DNA of 64,000 nucleotides from an uncultured Gastranaerophilales bacterium (GCA_964017965.1 CAXHNV010000004.1:119771-183770); one strand, 5' to 3'. Numbered from the stretch's first letter, positions 9,164 to 17,918 are shown. The notes: a model not told the origin generated them from the sequence alone. A program made the numbers and translations.

Positions 9164-10088
9164 AAAGAGAATTTTAATTATAGGCGTGCCTGATATGGCA
9201 TACATGGGTGTAGACGCTCTTCAAAGAGCAGGAGTTAATATAGTCGGTGTTATGGGTCCATTGAAAACTCACAATACTTATAACGCGTTCAAATCCTTTG
9301 TTGAAACCCGAAACCTTAATTTTATCGAATATGACAACCTAAAATCACCTGATTTATATAAAACAATAACTGATATGGATGTCGATTTAGCAGTCGTATT
9401 CTCGTTCAATAATAAGATTCCAAAAGAATTCATTGACTTAATGAAAGACGGAATTCTGAATATGCACCCGTCTTTATTGCCTGAATATCGAGGCGGCAAC
9501 CCTTATTCCAGAGTTATTATGAACGGAGAAAAAGAAACAGGTGTAACAGTTCACTTTATGTCAGAAAACTTTGATGAAGGCGATATCGTTGCTCAGGTAA
9601 AATGCCCTGTTGATGAATTTGAGACAATGGGTACTATATTTAATAAAACTAACTACTTAGGAATAAGTCTTATGTTATCTGTTCTTGCTGAGTATGAAAA
9701 GACAGGAAGTTTGCCGTGTCATCCTCAACCGCAAGGTGAATTTAAAACTGCAAAAAATATTTCAGATGAAGAATTTTATATAAATTTTAATAAGACAGCT
9801 ATTGAACTTGAACGTCAAATCAGGGCATTGAATCCGTTCTTAAGCTGTTATACATATTATAAAAGACAGGTTTTAAAAATATTTAAAGCTAAAGTTGAAG
9901 ATTGTGAAATTCCTGAAAACGCAATAAATGGAGAAATCATCAAAATTGAAAACAACAAGCTTTATATAAAAACAAAAGAGGGTGCATTATGCCCTGAAGC
10001 TCTTCAATACGGAGTACTTTTCTCCGGAACAATTGAAGACTTTATCAATATTGCACAACCAAAAGTAGGGGAGATTATAGGAACATAA
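9156..10088 (+). CDS. fmt: Formyltransferase, methionyl-tRNA formyltransferase family
   Basis: HPSLLPEYRGGNPY and ETGVTVHFM..FDEGDIV motifs plus an Fmt-like C-terminal domain. I prefer the ATG at 9156 (MSKKRILIIG, 8-nt overlap with the upstream stop) over the TTG at 9135 in the track. Confidence 0.6.
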   Translation: MSKKRILIIGVPDMAYMGVDALQRAGVNIVGVMGPLKTHNTYNAFKSFVETRNLNFIEYDNLKSPDLYKTITDMDVDLAVVFSFNNKIPKEFIDLMKDGILNMHPSLLPEYRGGNPYSRVIMNGEKETGVTVHFMSENFDEGDIVAQVKCPVDEFETMGTIFNKTNYLGISLMLSVLAEYEKTGSLPCHPQPQGEFKTAKNISDEEFYINFNKTAIELERQIRALNPFLSCYTYYKRQVLKIFKAKVEDCEIPENAINGEIIKIENNKLYIKTKEGALCPEALQYGVLFSGTIEDFINIAQPKVGEIIGT

Positions 10089-10090
10089 AC

Positions 10091-10909
10091 ATGGATAAAC
10101 TAAATTTTGTCACAGCCGGAATGCCATTAGCAACAGCAAATAAAGGCTATAAAAGAGCATTAGAAATTTTAAAAGAACTTAACTTAGACGGATTAGAACT
10201 GGAGTTTGTACACGGAGTTCGAATTTCTGATGACAGCAAAGATACCGTTAAACAATCTGATTTAACAAAAACTATTCACGCACCATTTTATATAAACCTG
10301 AATTCTAAAGAGCCTGAAAAAGTGGAAGCAAGCGCTCAAAGGATATTAGAAACAGCAAGAATTGCAGATTATATAGGTGCATTCAGCATAACTTATCACG
10401 CAGGATTTTATCTTGGTATGGATAAGGAAGTTGTTTATAACAATATTAGAAAGCAAACCGAATTCATAACTTCAACATTAAAAGAAGAAAATATCAATGT
10501 TTGGGTAAGACCTGAAACAACAGGTAAAGCAACCCAATGGGGTGATTTAGACGAAATAGTTTCGTTATCTAAAGAGTTTGAAAGAGTATTGCCTTGCGTA
10601 GACTTTTCACACTTACATGCTCGATATAACGGAGAGTGTAATACTTATGATGAGTTTGCACAAGTGTTTGAAAAAATAGGTACTGAATTAGGCTCTAACG
10701 CTTTAGAGAATTTTCATGCGCATGTTGCAGGGATTGCATACTCTGCTAAAGGTGAAAAACATCACCTTAACCTTGAAGAATCTGATTTTAACTACAAAGA
10801 TTTGCTAAAAGCATTCAAAGCGTTTGATGTAAAAGGTGTTGTGGTTTGTGAAAGCCCTAACATCGAAACAGATTGTCAACTTTTAAAACAGTATTATATG
10901 TCATTATAA
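10091..10909 (+). CDS. Xylose-isomerase-like TIM-barrel protein, endonuclease IV family-like
   Basis: HAPFYINL, HAGFY, PETTGK and DFSHLHAR resemble the metal-ligand segments of Nfo-type TIM barrels. Confidence 0.5.
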   Translation: MDKLNFVTAGMPLATANKGYKRALEILKELNLDGLELEFVHGVRISDDSKDTVKQSDLTKTIHAPFYINLNSKEPEKVEASAQRILETARIADYIGAFSITYHAGFYLGMDKEVVYNNIRKQTEFITSTLKEENINVWVRPETTGKATQWGDLDEIVSLSKEFERVLPCVDFSHLHARYNGECNTYDEFAQVFEKIGTELGSNALENFHAHVAGIAYSAKGEKHHLNLEESDFNYKDLLKAFKAFDVKGVVVCESPNIETDCQLLKQYYMSL

Positions 10910-12136
10910 CAAGATTTGTGTACCAACTAAGATTTGATGAGAATCTCTTGCGTCTTGACGCTGACAGTAAACATAGTTAAGCATCAATCTGAGCGCCTGA
11001 CCTTTTAGGGAATAAGTCAGCCCTGCAGTATACTCACGTGAATAGTTATGTTTAATCTCTTCATTAGGGTCATAGCTATCATATCTTGCAAGGATTTCAA
11101 GTTTTGGAGTAAGTCTGTATGCAACAGTTGCAAAAAGACCACTGGACTTAGTCAATGTTGGACCGGCGCCTGCATTCGAACCATTTGCGTGCATATATTC
11201 AAATTTAGCCCAGAACTTCTTGTATTCATAACCTGCATATAAACCTGACAAGAAATAATCTGTATGGTTTCTACCGGCAGAAATCCCCCCCCCTGTAACA
11301 AGTTTACCGTATCTTCCGTCGGTCATACCCAACGGTTTAAAGTTAACCCAGCCGTTAAACTCTGCTCCGGGGAAGAATGATTGGAAAAACGTATCAGAAG
11401 AGTAACCGCCAATATCATATTCTACAAGTTTATAATCACCCTTTACTCTAACCCCGAATTTACGAATGTTAGAAAGGTTTCTCGCAGCTTGAGAACGGTT
11501 AATCAACGGTAACGTATAGATACTTGCTCTACCTTCATCACCAATACCTACACGGGAGTTACCAAACATAATAGTATGGTGAGAGAGTCTTGTTGTTTGG
11601 ATATAAGCATCCTGTAAGAATTGTGACATAAAGCTTCTGTTATGTTGCGGGGTAGGATCCACTATAAACCTGAAACTTTCTTTGCCGCCCCTAAAAGTAC
11701 CGTCTAATAAAATATTTATTAAGCTGTTTTCATAAACAGTATTTCCCTTACCTTTTTCAGGGATTGTAGTATTAAATGTTCCGTGATAAGCTCCCCAGAG
11801 ATAAATCTTTTCTAAAGGTCCCGATTCAAAAGTTTTTGTCGTATAGTTTTTAAGTAAACTTGTTGTTTTATCAGTTCTTTCAGCTTCCAAATGATAAAGT
11901 TTTGAAATACCTCTCGAAAAAGCGTTATTGATTAAAAAATTAGGATTTTGTTCTTGTGGAACATCTTCAATAATCTGTTGTCGTTCAACATCAGAAAAAA
12001 GTTTTTTCTCCGGTTCAACAATAGCAATATTAGACCTGACAGAATCATCCGTCAGGTCCAAAACAATCTCTTCTGCTGCATTACATAACGAAACTGTTTG
12101 TATAAATGCTATTATTAGTATTAAAAACTTTTTCAT
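10904..12136 (-). CDS. Putative outer-membrane beta-barrel porin
   Basis: Signal peptide MKKFLILIIAFIQTVSLCNA. Alternating beta-strand pattern with Tyr/Gly-rich turns across 410 aa. Subfamily not assignable by eye. Confidence 0.5.
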   Translation of the reverse strand: MKKFLILIIAFIQTVSLCNAAEEIVLDLTDDSVRSNIAIVEPEKKLFSDVERQQIIEDVPQEQNPNFLINNAFSRGISKLYHLEAERTDKTTSLLKNYTTKTFESGPLEKIYLWGAYHGTFNTTIPEKGKGNTVYENSLINILLDGTFRGGKESFRFIVDPTPQHNRSFMSQFLQDAYIQTTRLSHHTIMFGNSRVGIGDEGRASIYTLPLINRSQAARNLSNIRKFGVRVKGDYKLVEYDIGGYSSDTFFQSFFPGAEFNGWVNFKPLGMTDGRYGKLVTGGGISAGRNHTDYFLSGLYAGYEYKKFWAKFEYMHANGSNAGAGPTLTKSSGLFATVAYRLTPKLEILARYDSYDPNEEIKHNYSREYTAGLTYSLKGQALRLMLNYVYCQRQDARDSHQILVGTQILL

Positions 12137-13002
12137 TTTTCATCTCTAAGATAAGCAATCCAAAATAATAATACCACAAATACTAATGCGCCGACAATGT
12201 TACCTAAAGTAACAGGCACAAGATTGTGTACAAAGAATGAATGCCATGAAAGAGTTGATAATTGTTCTGCTGAAAGTCCTGAAAGGCTAACAACGTGCGG
12301 AACAGATTTCATAAATATGCCGCTTGGAATAAAAAACATATTTGCAATACTGTGCTCATAACCTGATGCAACGAATGTTGTAATAGGGAAGAATATTGCA
12401 AATATTTTACCTATAACTCTTTTAGAGCTTGTAGCCATCCAAACAGCTAAACAAACCAGCCAGTTACACATAATCCCTCTGCAAAACGCTTCGCAGAATG
12501 AGAGATTAACCTTCGCATGAGCTGTTAGCAACGTATTTACACCGAGTGCATCGTGAGCGTTGTGGCATAAAGCACCGTAGAATACAAATGCCGCAAGAAC
12601 AATTGAACCAACAAAGTTACCTATGTAAACAATTGACCAGCTTCGGAACAACTGCAACCAAGATATTTTCTTTTCGATAACAGAAAACATCATCATAACA
12701 TTACCGGTAAACAGTTCTGCACCTGTAAGAACAACCATAATCAAACCGGTAGCAAAAATCATTGCCCCGATAAGTTTTGCAAGTCCCCAGAACGGGATAC
12801 CGGTTGAAACAGTCAAACTAGCTTGTGCACCGTAAGCAATAAACGCACCCGCAGCAATTGCAAGCGCAAACATTTTTGTCTTTTTAAAATTAGCCTTAGC
12901 AGGCATAACTTTTTCACAGAAACCGTGAGCAACTTCCGCAGGAGCAACACAATCTCTATTGTCTAAATTCTCATTTGTCATTTTGTATATTCTCCTATCC
13001 AA
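12133..13002 (-). CDS. Formate/nitrite transporter family channel
   Basis: FNT signature segments GAELFTGN and GNFVGS, with six hydrophobic spans. Confidence 0.85.
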   Translation of the reverse strand: MDRRIYKMTNENLDNRDCVAPAEVAHGFCEKVMPAKANFKKTKMFALAIAAGAFIAYGAQASLTVSTGIPFWGLAKLIGAMIFATGLIMVVLTGAELFTGNVMMMFSVIEKKISWLQLFRSWSIVYIGNFVGSIVLAAFVFYGALCHNAHDALGVNTLLTAHAKVNLSFCEAFCRGIMCNWLVCLAVWMATSSKRVIGKIFAIFFPITTFVASGYEHSIANMFFIPSGIFMKSVPHVVSLSGLSAEQLSTLSWHSFFVHNLVPVTLGNIVGALVFVVLLFWIAYLRDEK

Positions 13003-13051
13003 TTTAAGTCAACATTATTCTATAACTTTAACAAGAATTTTCAAGAGGGAA

Positions 13052-13089
13052 TTACAAAATCAAAGAGAGTGGCAAAAAGCGCCACTCTC
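13052..13089 (-). terminator. Rho-independent terminator after the Hsp20 gene
   Basis: 9-bp stem GAGAGTGGC/GCCACTCTC (13065-13073 / 13081-13089) followed on the minus strand by TTTGATTTTG. A second hairpin (CCGTAT..GAGCT/AGCTC..ATACGG) lies just upstream. Confidence 0.6.
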
Positions 13090-13218
13090 ACCGTATTACG
13101 ACGAGCTAAAAAGCTCATACGGAACTACAAAACGAATGTAAGATTGATATTTACGCTCCGGATTTTATAATAGTTCATCCGGAAAGTTGCAAGTGCTAAT
13201 CACAAAACGTAAATATTA

Positions 13219-13695
13219 CTATTCAATCTCCAATCGTTTTGCTTTTGCTTCTTCGATACGCTGTTTTGGAATAGTTATTTTCAAAACACCGTTTTTGTAT
13301 TCAGCCTTACTTTCATCTTGTTTGATAGGCTGATCGAAAGATATTGTACGTTTATATTTACCATATCTGAATTCACATGTATGATATTTTTCGTTCTTTT
13401 CTTTCTCTTCTTTTTCTTCTTTCTCTTCTTCTATTTCAGCAGTTACTGTCATAAAATCATTATCAAGTGTTACTTCAATATCGTCTTTTTTAACACCCGG
13501 TAATTGAACTTTAACTTTATATTCGTGTTCATTTTGTTTAACTTCTACTGACGGTCTCCAAACAGAAGCTTTTTTAAGAGCTAATGGGTTTGAAAACATA
13601 GGAGCTAACATAGTATCTCGTAAAAAATTATTTAATTCATGGTGTAAACTGTCAAAATATAAATCAGGTTCTCTTATCATAATTTCGTCACGCAT
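13219..13695 (-). CDS. Small heat-shock protein, Hsp20/alpha-crystallin family
   Basis: Pattern YKVKVQLPGVKKDDIEV ... FRYGKYKRTISF ... AEYKNGVLKITIPK is classic for the alpha-crystallin domain. Confidence 0.9.
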   Translation of the reverse strand: MRDEIMIREPDLYFDSLHHELNNFLRDTMLAPMFSNPLALKKASVWRPSVEVKQNEHEYKVKVQLPGVKKDDIEVTLDNDFMTVTAEIEEEKEEKEEKEKNEKYHTCEFRYGKYKRTISFDQPIKQDESKAEYKNGVLKITIPKQRIEEAKAKRLEIE

Positions 13696-13847
13696 AAGAT
13701 TTCTCCTTTCTTACATTTTTAATATAGCCGGCTTACTATCACCAAACATTACCTGAAAGTCTAATATTTAATCATAAACTCTAACCTTATAAGGTAATAG
13801 AAGTTTCTTATAGAAGTTTTTATCCTATCAAAAAAGGAGAGTTCGCA

Positions 13848-14858
13848 ATGAAAATGTTAATGTTTGATTTTAGAGATTCTGAAAAAGAATATTTTGATAT
13901 AAATATTCCAAACGATTTGGAAATAGATTTCATACCGGAACCTCTCGATGAAGATACTGTATTAACTGACGAGCAAAAGAATGAAACAGTAATATTAAGC
14001 GTATTCATTAATTCAAACTTAACACCGGAAGTACTTTCTCAATTTAAGAACTTACAAATAATTGCAACCCGTTCAACAGGATATAATCATATCAATTTGG
14101 AATATTGCAGAAATAATAATATAGCAGTAATAAATGCTCCTTATTATGGCAAAACTTCTGTTGCACAATATACAATCGGCATGATTTTAATGTTAACAAG
14201 AAATGTTTTATTAGCAGCAAACGATATAAAAAATAGACACATTGATTATCAAAAATATGAAGGAGTAAATCTATCAGGTTTGACACTAGGTGTTATTGGT
14301 ACAGGCTCAATCGGAGGTGCTGTTTGTAAACTGGCAAACAAATTTGACATGAAAATATATGCACACGATATAAAAATAAACGATGAAATAAAAGATTTTG
14401 TAGAGTATGTTGATTTCAATGAATTAATTTCTAAATCAGATATTATTACATTGCATATACCATATATATTAGAATTTTATCACATGCTCTCAGATAAAGA
14501 GTTCAAACAAATGAAAGACGGTGTTTATATAATAAACACTTCTCGCGGTGAGCTTATTGATACGGGAGCATTATATGAAAATATAAGAAATGGTAAGATT
14601 AAAGGGGCAGCATTGGATGTACTTGAATGTGAATATATTAATTATGAACAGGATGAAATTACAAATGTTGTTAAAACTGCCTCAGAGACATGTCTTGAAA
14701 ATGTCATTATAACAGACAAGCTTATGCAATTTGACAATGTGATTATAACACCGCACATTGCATATAATACAAAAGAATCTGTTATTAACATATTAAATAG
14801 TATATTTACGTCTATAAAGAACCATTTTAACGGTGAACACACTAACCGAATAATTTAA
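13848..14858 (+). CDS. D-isomer-specific 2-hydroxyacid dehydrogenase
   Basis: NAD fold GVIGTGSIGGAV, with catalytic segments NTSRGELID and TPHIAYNT. Confidence 0.85.
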   Translation: MKMLMFDFRDSEKEYFDINIPNDLEIDFIPEPLDEDTVLTDEQKNETVILSVFINSNLTPEVLSQFKNLQIIATRSTGYNHINLEYCRNNNIAVINAPYYGKTSVAQYTIGMILMLTRNVLLAANDIKNRHIDYQKYEGVNLSGLTLGVIGTGSIGGAVCKLANKFDMKIYAHDIKINDEIKDFVEYVDFNELISKSDIITLHIPYILEFYHMLSDKEFKQMKDGVYIINTSRGELIDTGALYENIRNGKIKGAALDVLECEYINYEQDEITNVVKTASETCLENVIITDKLMQFDNVIITPHIAYNTKESVINILNSIFTSIKNHFNGEHTNRII

Positions 14859-14876
14859 TATGTAAACAAATGTAAC
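14859..14876 (-). promoter_or_regulatory. HLR1-like direct repeat (minus strand reads GTTACATT-TG-TTTACATA)
   Basis: Plus strand ta-TGTAAA-caaa-TGTAAC with 10-bp period. Perfect match to the HLR1 consensus at all defined positions. Lies 17 nt upstream of the sigma-28-like -35 box. Confidence 0.5.
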
Positions 14877-14893
14877 AAACTCCTTAAAATTCC

Positions 14894-14920
14894 TAAAGAT
14901 TTAAAAAAAGCTGCCGTCAT
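14894..14920 (+). promoter_or_regulatory. Sigma-28 (FliA)-type promoter candidate
   Basis: TAAAGATT (14894-14901), an 11-nt spacer, then GCCGTCAT (14913-14920). The -35 octamer is identical to the one at 3446. Lies 65 nt upstream of the ATG at 14985. Confidence 0.55.
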
Positions 14921-14984
14921 GCATGTGGTAAGGAATCACGAAGCAGATTAGGGGCTTCGTACAATAGGAAATAGGAGTAATACT

Positions 14985-15905
14985 ATGGGTTTAGCATCAT
15001 CACAAGCTAGATTACTTAATTTGACTACAAGAATGCACCAAATTGAGTACAAGGCAGCAAAATTAGAAGCTGAAAAGCTTCAAATGGCTAACGAATCACA
15101 ACAAGTTTATGAAACTTATTTAGAAGCGTTAGAAAAAACAAAAGTACAATACAAAGTTTTATCAACAGACGGCTCTGTAACTTATCGAGATATTCAACAT
15201 TATGAAGATTTCTTGAATGCAGGTTACGCACTAGACTTTAAAGGAACAGTTTATGACGGCTCATCCGGATTCAGAGCTGATCAAGGCACATTCACAAACA
15301 GAGGTACTGTAACCCCTACAGCAGAACAAGTAGCTGCAGGCGGCAAATACCAAGGTTTGACAGCCGGCACAACATACAATGTTTACAATGACGGTACAAC
15401 AGATTATTATTCAACAGCGGCTTTAACAGCAGGAGCATCAAAGACTCTTACTACAGTTCCTGCAGGCACAAAAACAATTAACAATGTAGTAGCAGTAACA
15501 TTTGATTATGCACAATTATGTGCTGATGCGTTTGATGCAGATCCTGCAAATCCGCCTGCAAATGTATATGAAGTTGTTACTAACTTGATTAATTCAGGCA
15601 GTGTAACCATTGTTCAAGCAAGAAAAGATGATTCATTCGCTATTGAAGTAGATCAAGACTTCAACATCTTTGAAACAAGTGTTGCAACAAATACAGGTTT
15701 ACAAGAAATACAAGACGCATCAGTCTTGAAGAAAGCTGAAGCTAAGTATGAAGCTGACATGAAACGAATTGATATGAAAGATAGAAAATTCGACCAAGAC
15801 TTAGCTGCTTTAGAAGCTGAACGTAACGCTATTAAACAAGAAATGGAAACATTGAAAACAGTGGCGAAAGAAAACGTAGAACGTACGTTCAAATTATTCA
15901 GTTAA
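14985..15905 (+). CDS. Short paralog of the conserved-termini (flagellin-like architecture) family
   Basis: 306 aa. MGLASSQARLLNLTTRMHQIEYKAAKLEAEKL... and ...ETLKTVAKENVERTFKLFS match the termini of ORF 3530..6451. AGGAG lies 7 nt before the ATG. Confidence 0.65.
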   Translation: MGLASSQARLLNLTTRMHQIEYKAAKLEAEKLQMANESQQVYETYLEALEKTKVQYKVLSTDGSVTYRDIQHYEDFLNAGYALDFKGTVYDGSSGFRADQGTFTNRGTVTPTAEQVAAGGKYQGLTAGTTYNVYNDGTTDYYSTAALTAGASKTLTTVPAGTKTINNVVAVTFDYAQLCADAFDADPANPPANVYEVVTNLINSGSVTIVQARKDDSFAIEVDQDFNIFETSVATNTGLQEIQDASVLKKAEAKYEADMKRIDMKDRKFDQDLAALEAERNAIKQEMETLKTVAKENVERTFKLFS

Positions 15906-15984
15906 TAGTTGAGTTAATATTATCAACAAAACTTTTAGTAAAATTCCTAAATTCCTATAATTCCTTTTCTTATTCCTAATAAGC

Positions 15985-16015
15985 GCCACTCTGTCCAAAC
16001 AAGTGGCTTTTTTTT
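15985..16015 (+). terminator. Rho-independent terminator
   Basis: GCCACT/AGTGGC stem with an 11-nt loop, followed by T8 (16008-16015). Confidence 0.7.
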
Positions 16016-16129
16016 CAAGCGAGCAGAGGCACGAGCGAAGCGAGAGATGAGCGTGCGTCGGACAAAACCACGCTTTTGTCCGCAAACGCGAACGTTGCCG
16101 TTTAACGCGAGCGCAGAGCAAGCGAGCAG
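16016..16129. other. GC-rich about 110-bp element bounded by 11-bp direct repeats
   Basis: CAAGCGAGCAG occurs at 16016-16026 and 16119-16129. Interior hairpins are GGACAAAA..TTTTGTCC and CGCGAACG..CGTT.CGCG. Composition is clearly GC-richer than the flanks. Nature unknown. Confidence 0.35.
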
Positions 16130-16202
16130 TACATTAATATTTCTTATCAAAGAATGTAATTAAATCATGGACATGCTAAACTATTTATAAGCGGAGGTAT
16201 AA

Positions 16203-17600
16203 ATGGTTTCAGCAACATCAAAAAAGACTTCACCTGAATTAGAACAGTTAATGCCGCAAAACTTAGAAGCGGAAGAAGCTGTATTAGGTGCTATTTTAGT
16301 TAATCCAAGATGTTTGGATAAAGTTATCAGCAATTTAAAATCCGAATATTTCTACAAACCTGCTCATAAATATATCTATGATGCTATCCTTCGATTAACA
16401 AACTCTAACCAACCGATAGATATCGTTTCTGTTTCTGATGAGTTGAATATCAATCAGAGACTCGAATTAGTCGGCGGAAGAGCATTTATCAACGACTTAA
16501 TTCTAAAATGTATCTCAACTGCAAACGTTCAATATTATGCAAACGTAATCGAAGAAAAAGCTATCAAGCGTTCTTTGATTCAGGCAGGTTCTGAGATTAC
16601 AACATCAGGTTATGATTTATCACCAAGTGCAGAATCATTAGAACAAGCTGAAAAACTGATTTTTGATATTTCATCAAAGAAAACCTCTTCTGATTTAATC
16701 CATATTGATAACCTTGTATCAGATGTATACGACCAAATATCTGAAAGATACAAAAACAAAGATAAAAAATCCGGCGTTGAATCAGGATTTTATGACTTAG
16801 ACGAAATGACAAACGGGTTCCAAAAATCTAACCTTATCATCCTTGCAGCCAGACCTGCAATGGGAAAAACAGCATTTGCATTAAACATTGCACAGAATGC
16901 AGCATTAAGATACAACAAAACAGTTGCAATATTCTCTCTCGAAATGTCAAAAGATGAACTTGTACAACGTTTAATGTGCTCAGAAGCTGAGGTTGAATCA
17001 CAAAGACTTCGTTCAGGAAACATGCAATCATCCGACTGGGAAAAACTTGTAACAGCAATGGATGTATTATCTGATGCACCTATATATATCGATGATACTC
17101 CGGGTTGCAGCTTAACAGATATAAGAGCAAAGTGTAGAAGACTAGCCATGTCTGATAAAAACTTGAGCATGATTATTATCGACTATTTGCAATTAATGGA
17201 AACCAGCGGACGTGAAACAGACAGAAACCAGCAAATTTCACAAATCTCAAGAGGTTTAAAGATTCTTGCAAAAGAATTAAATGTGCCTATTATAGCGCTT
17301 TCACAGCTATCACGTGCAACAGAGCAAAGACAGGATAAACGACCAATCATGTCAGATTTAAGAGACTCAGGTTCAATCGAGCAGGACGCAGATATCGTCA
17401 TGTTTATTTATCGTGGCGAATATTATGCTACAAAAGGTCAAACAGGTGAAGATGATGCTGCTGAAATAGCTAAAAACAAAGGCGAAGCAGAAATCATCAT
17501 TGCAAAACAAAGAAGCGGTCCGACCGGTACCGTAGAGCTATTATTCCAAAGCAATATCACTAAATTTAAGAACAAAACTAAGACAACTACAGAGTTTTAG
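16203..17600 (+). CDS. dnaB: Replicative DNA helicase
   Basis: DnaB N-terminal domain (PQNLEAEEAVLGAIL), Walker A ARPAMGKTAF, IIDYLQLM, SQLSRA. 465 aa, no intein. Confidence 0.95.
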   Translation: MVSATSKKTSPELEQLMPQNLEAEEAVLGAILVNPRCLDKVISNLKSEYFYKPAHKYIYDAILRLTNSNQPIDIVSVSDELNINQRLELVGGRAFINDLILKCISTANVQYYANVIEEKAIKRSLIQAGSEITTSGYDLSPSAESLEQAEKLIFDISSKKTSSDLIHIDNLVSDVYDQISERYKNKDKKSGVESGFYDLDEMTNGFQKSNLIILAARPAMGKTAFALNIAQNAALRYNKTVAIFSLEMSKDELVQRLMCSEAEVESQRLRSGNMQSSDWEKLVTAMDVLSDAPIYIDDTPGCSLTDIRAKCRRLAMSDKNLSMIIIDYLQLMETSGRETDRNQQISQISRGLKILAKELNVPIIALSQLSRATEQRQDKRPIMSDLRDSGSIEQDADIVMFIYRGEYYATKGQTGEDDAAEIAKNKGEAEIIIAKQRSGPTGTVELLFQSNITKFKNKTKTTTEF

Positions 17601-17735
17601 GTCAATACCCACGTTGGCAGTATAATATTAAATTTTGTAACAAAATTCCTTAACAATGACAAATTCAAAAATTTAGGGTTATTAAATCAAATGTAGACGA
17701 ATGTCGACCAGAATAGTATTGAAAGGATAAAAACA

Positions 17736-17918
17736 ATGACAGCATCAGTTTCAGCTAACGTAGGACAACAACAAGCATGTGCACCGGTAATGCAACCGGA
17801 ATTCAAACCAAGTTACAACGCAGTTCAATTGAACTTAAGCCAACCTACATTGAATGTACCGCCAGCACCAATGCCAGCTCCAATGCCAGCAACTGCAACA
17901 CAACAATGGACAGCTTAG
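17736..17918 (+). CDS. Small Pro-rich protein, paralog of the N-terminus of ORF 18019..19023
   Basis: 60 aa. FKPSYNAVQLNLSQPTLNVP aligns with FAPSYNAVQINLDTPTLNAP of the next ORF. GAAAGGA lies upstream of the ATG. Confidence 0.4.
   Translation: MTASVSANVGQQQACAPVMQPEFKPSYNAVQLNLSQPTLNVPPAPMPAPMPATATQQWTA

Noticed and set aside
13072-13084. 12-mer AAGCGCCACTCT shared by the terminators at 13072 and 15981
   Set aside because: A shared 12-mer is expected many times by chance in 64 kb searched on both strands. Beyond the hairpin stems there is no extended similarity.
13180-13200. AAGTGCTAA resembling half of a CIRCE (HrcA) operator near the Hsp20 gene
   Set aside because: The required inverted partner TTAGCACTC is not present 9 nt away, and the site lies downstream, not upstream, of the heat-shock gene.
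13385-13445. Repetitive GAAGAAAAA-type tract in the Hsp20 gene (EEEKEEKEEKEKNEK) and the antisense ORF 13318..13503
   Set aside because: This is a low-complexity acidic/lysine linker inside an otherwise canonical alpha-crystallin domain protein. It is not a DNA repeat element of independent interest.
16016-16129. Idea that the GC-rich element is SRP (4.5S), 6S, tmRNA or RNase P RNA
   Set aside because: None of the signature motifs I know is present, for example the GGAAGCAGCC-type SRP domain IV or the tmRNA tag reading frame. It is left as an unassigned element.
15894-16150. Two minus-strand ORFs (75 and 67 aa, Arg/Ala/Leu-rich) over the GC-rich element
   Set aside because: They exist only because the GC-rich insert lacks stop codons. 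There is no RBS and they overlap a terminator. I treat the element as non-coding.
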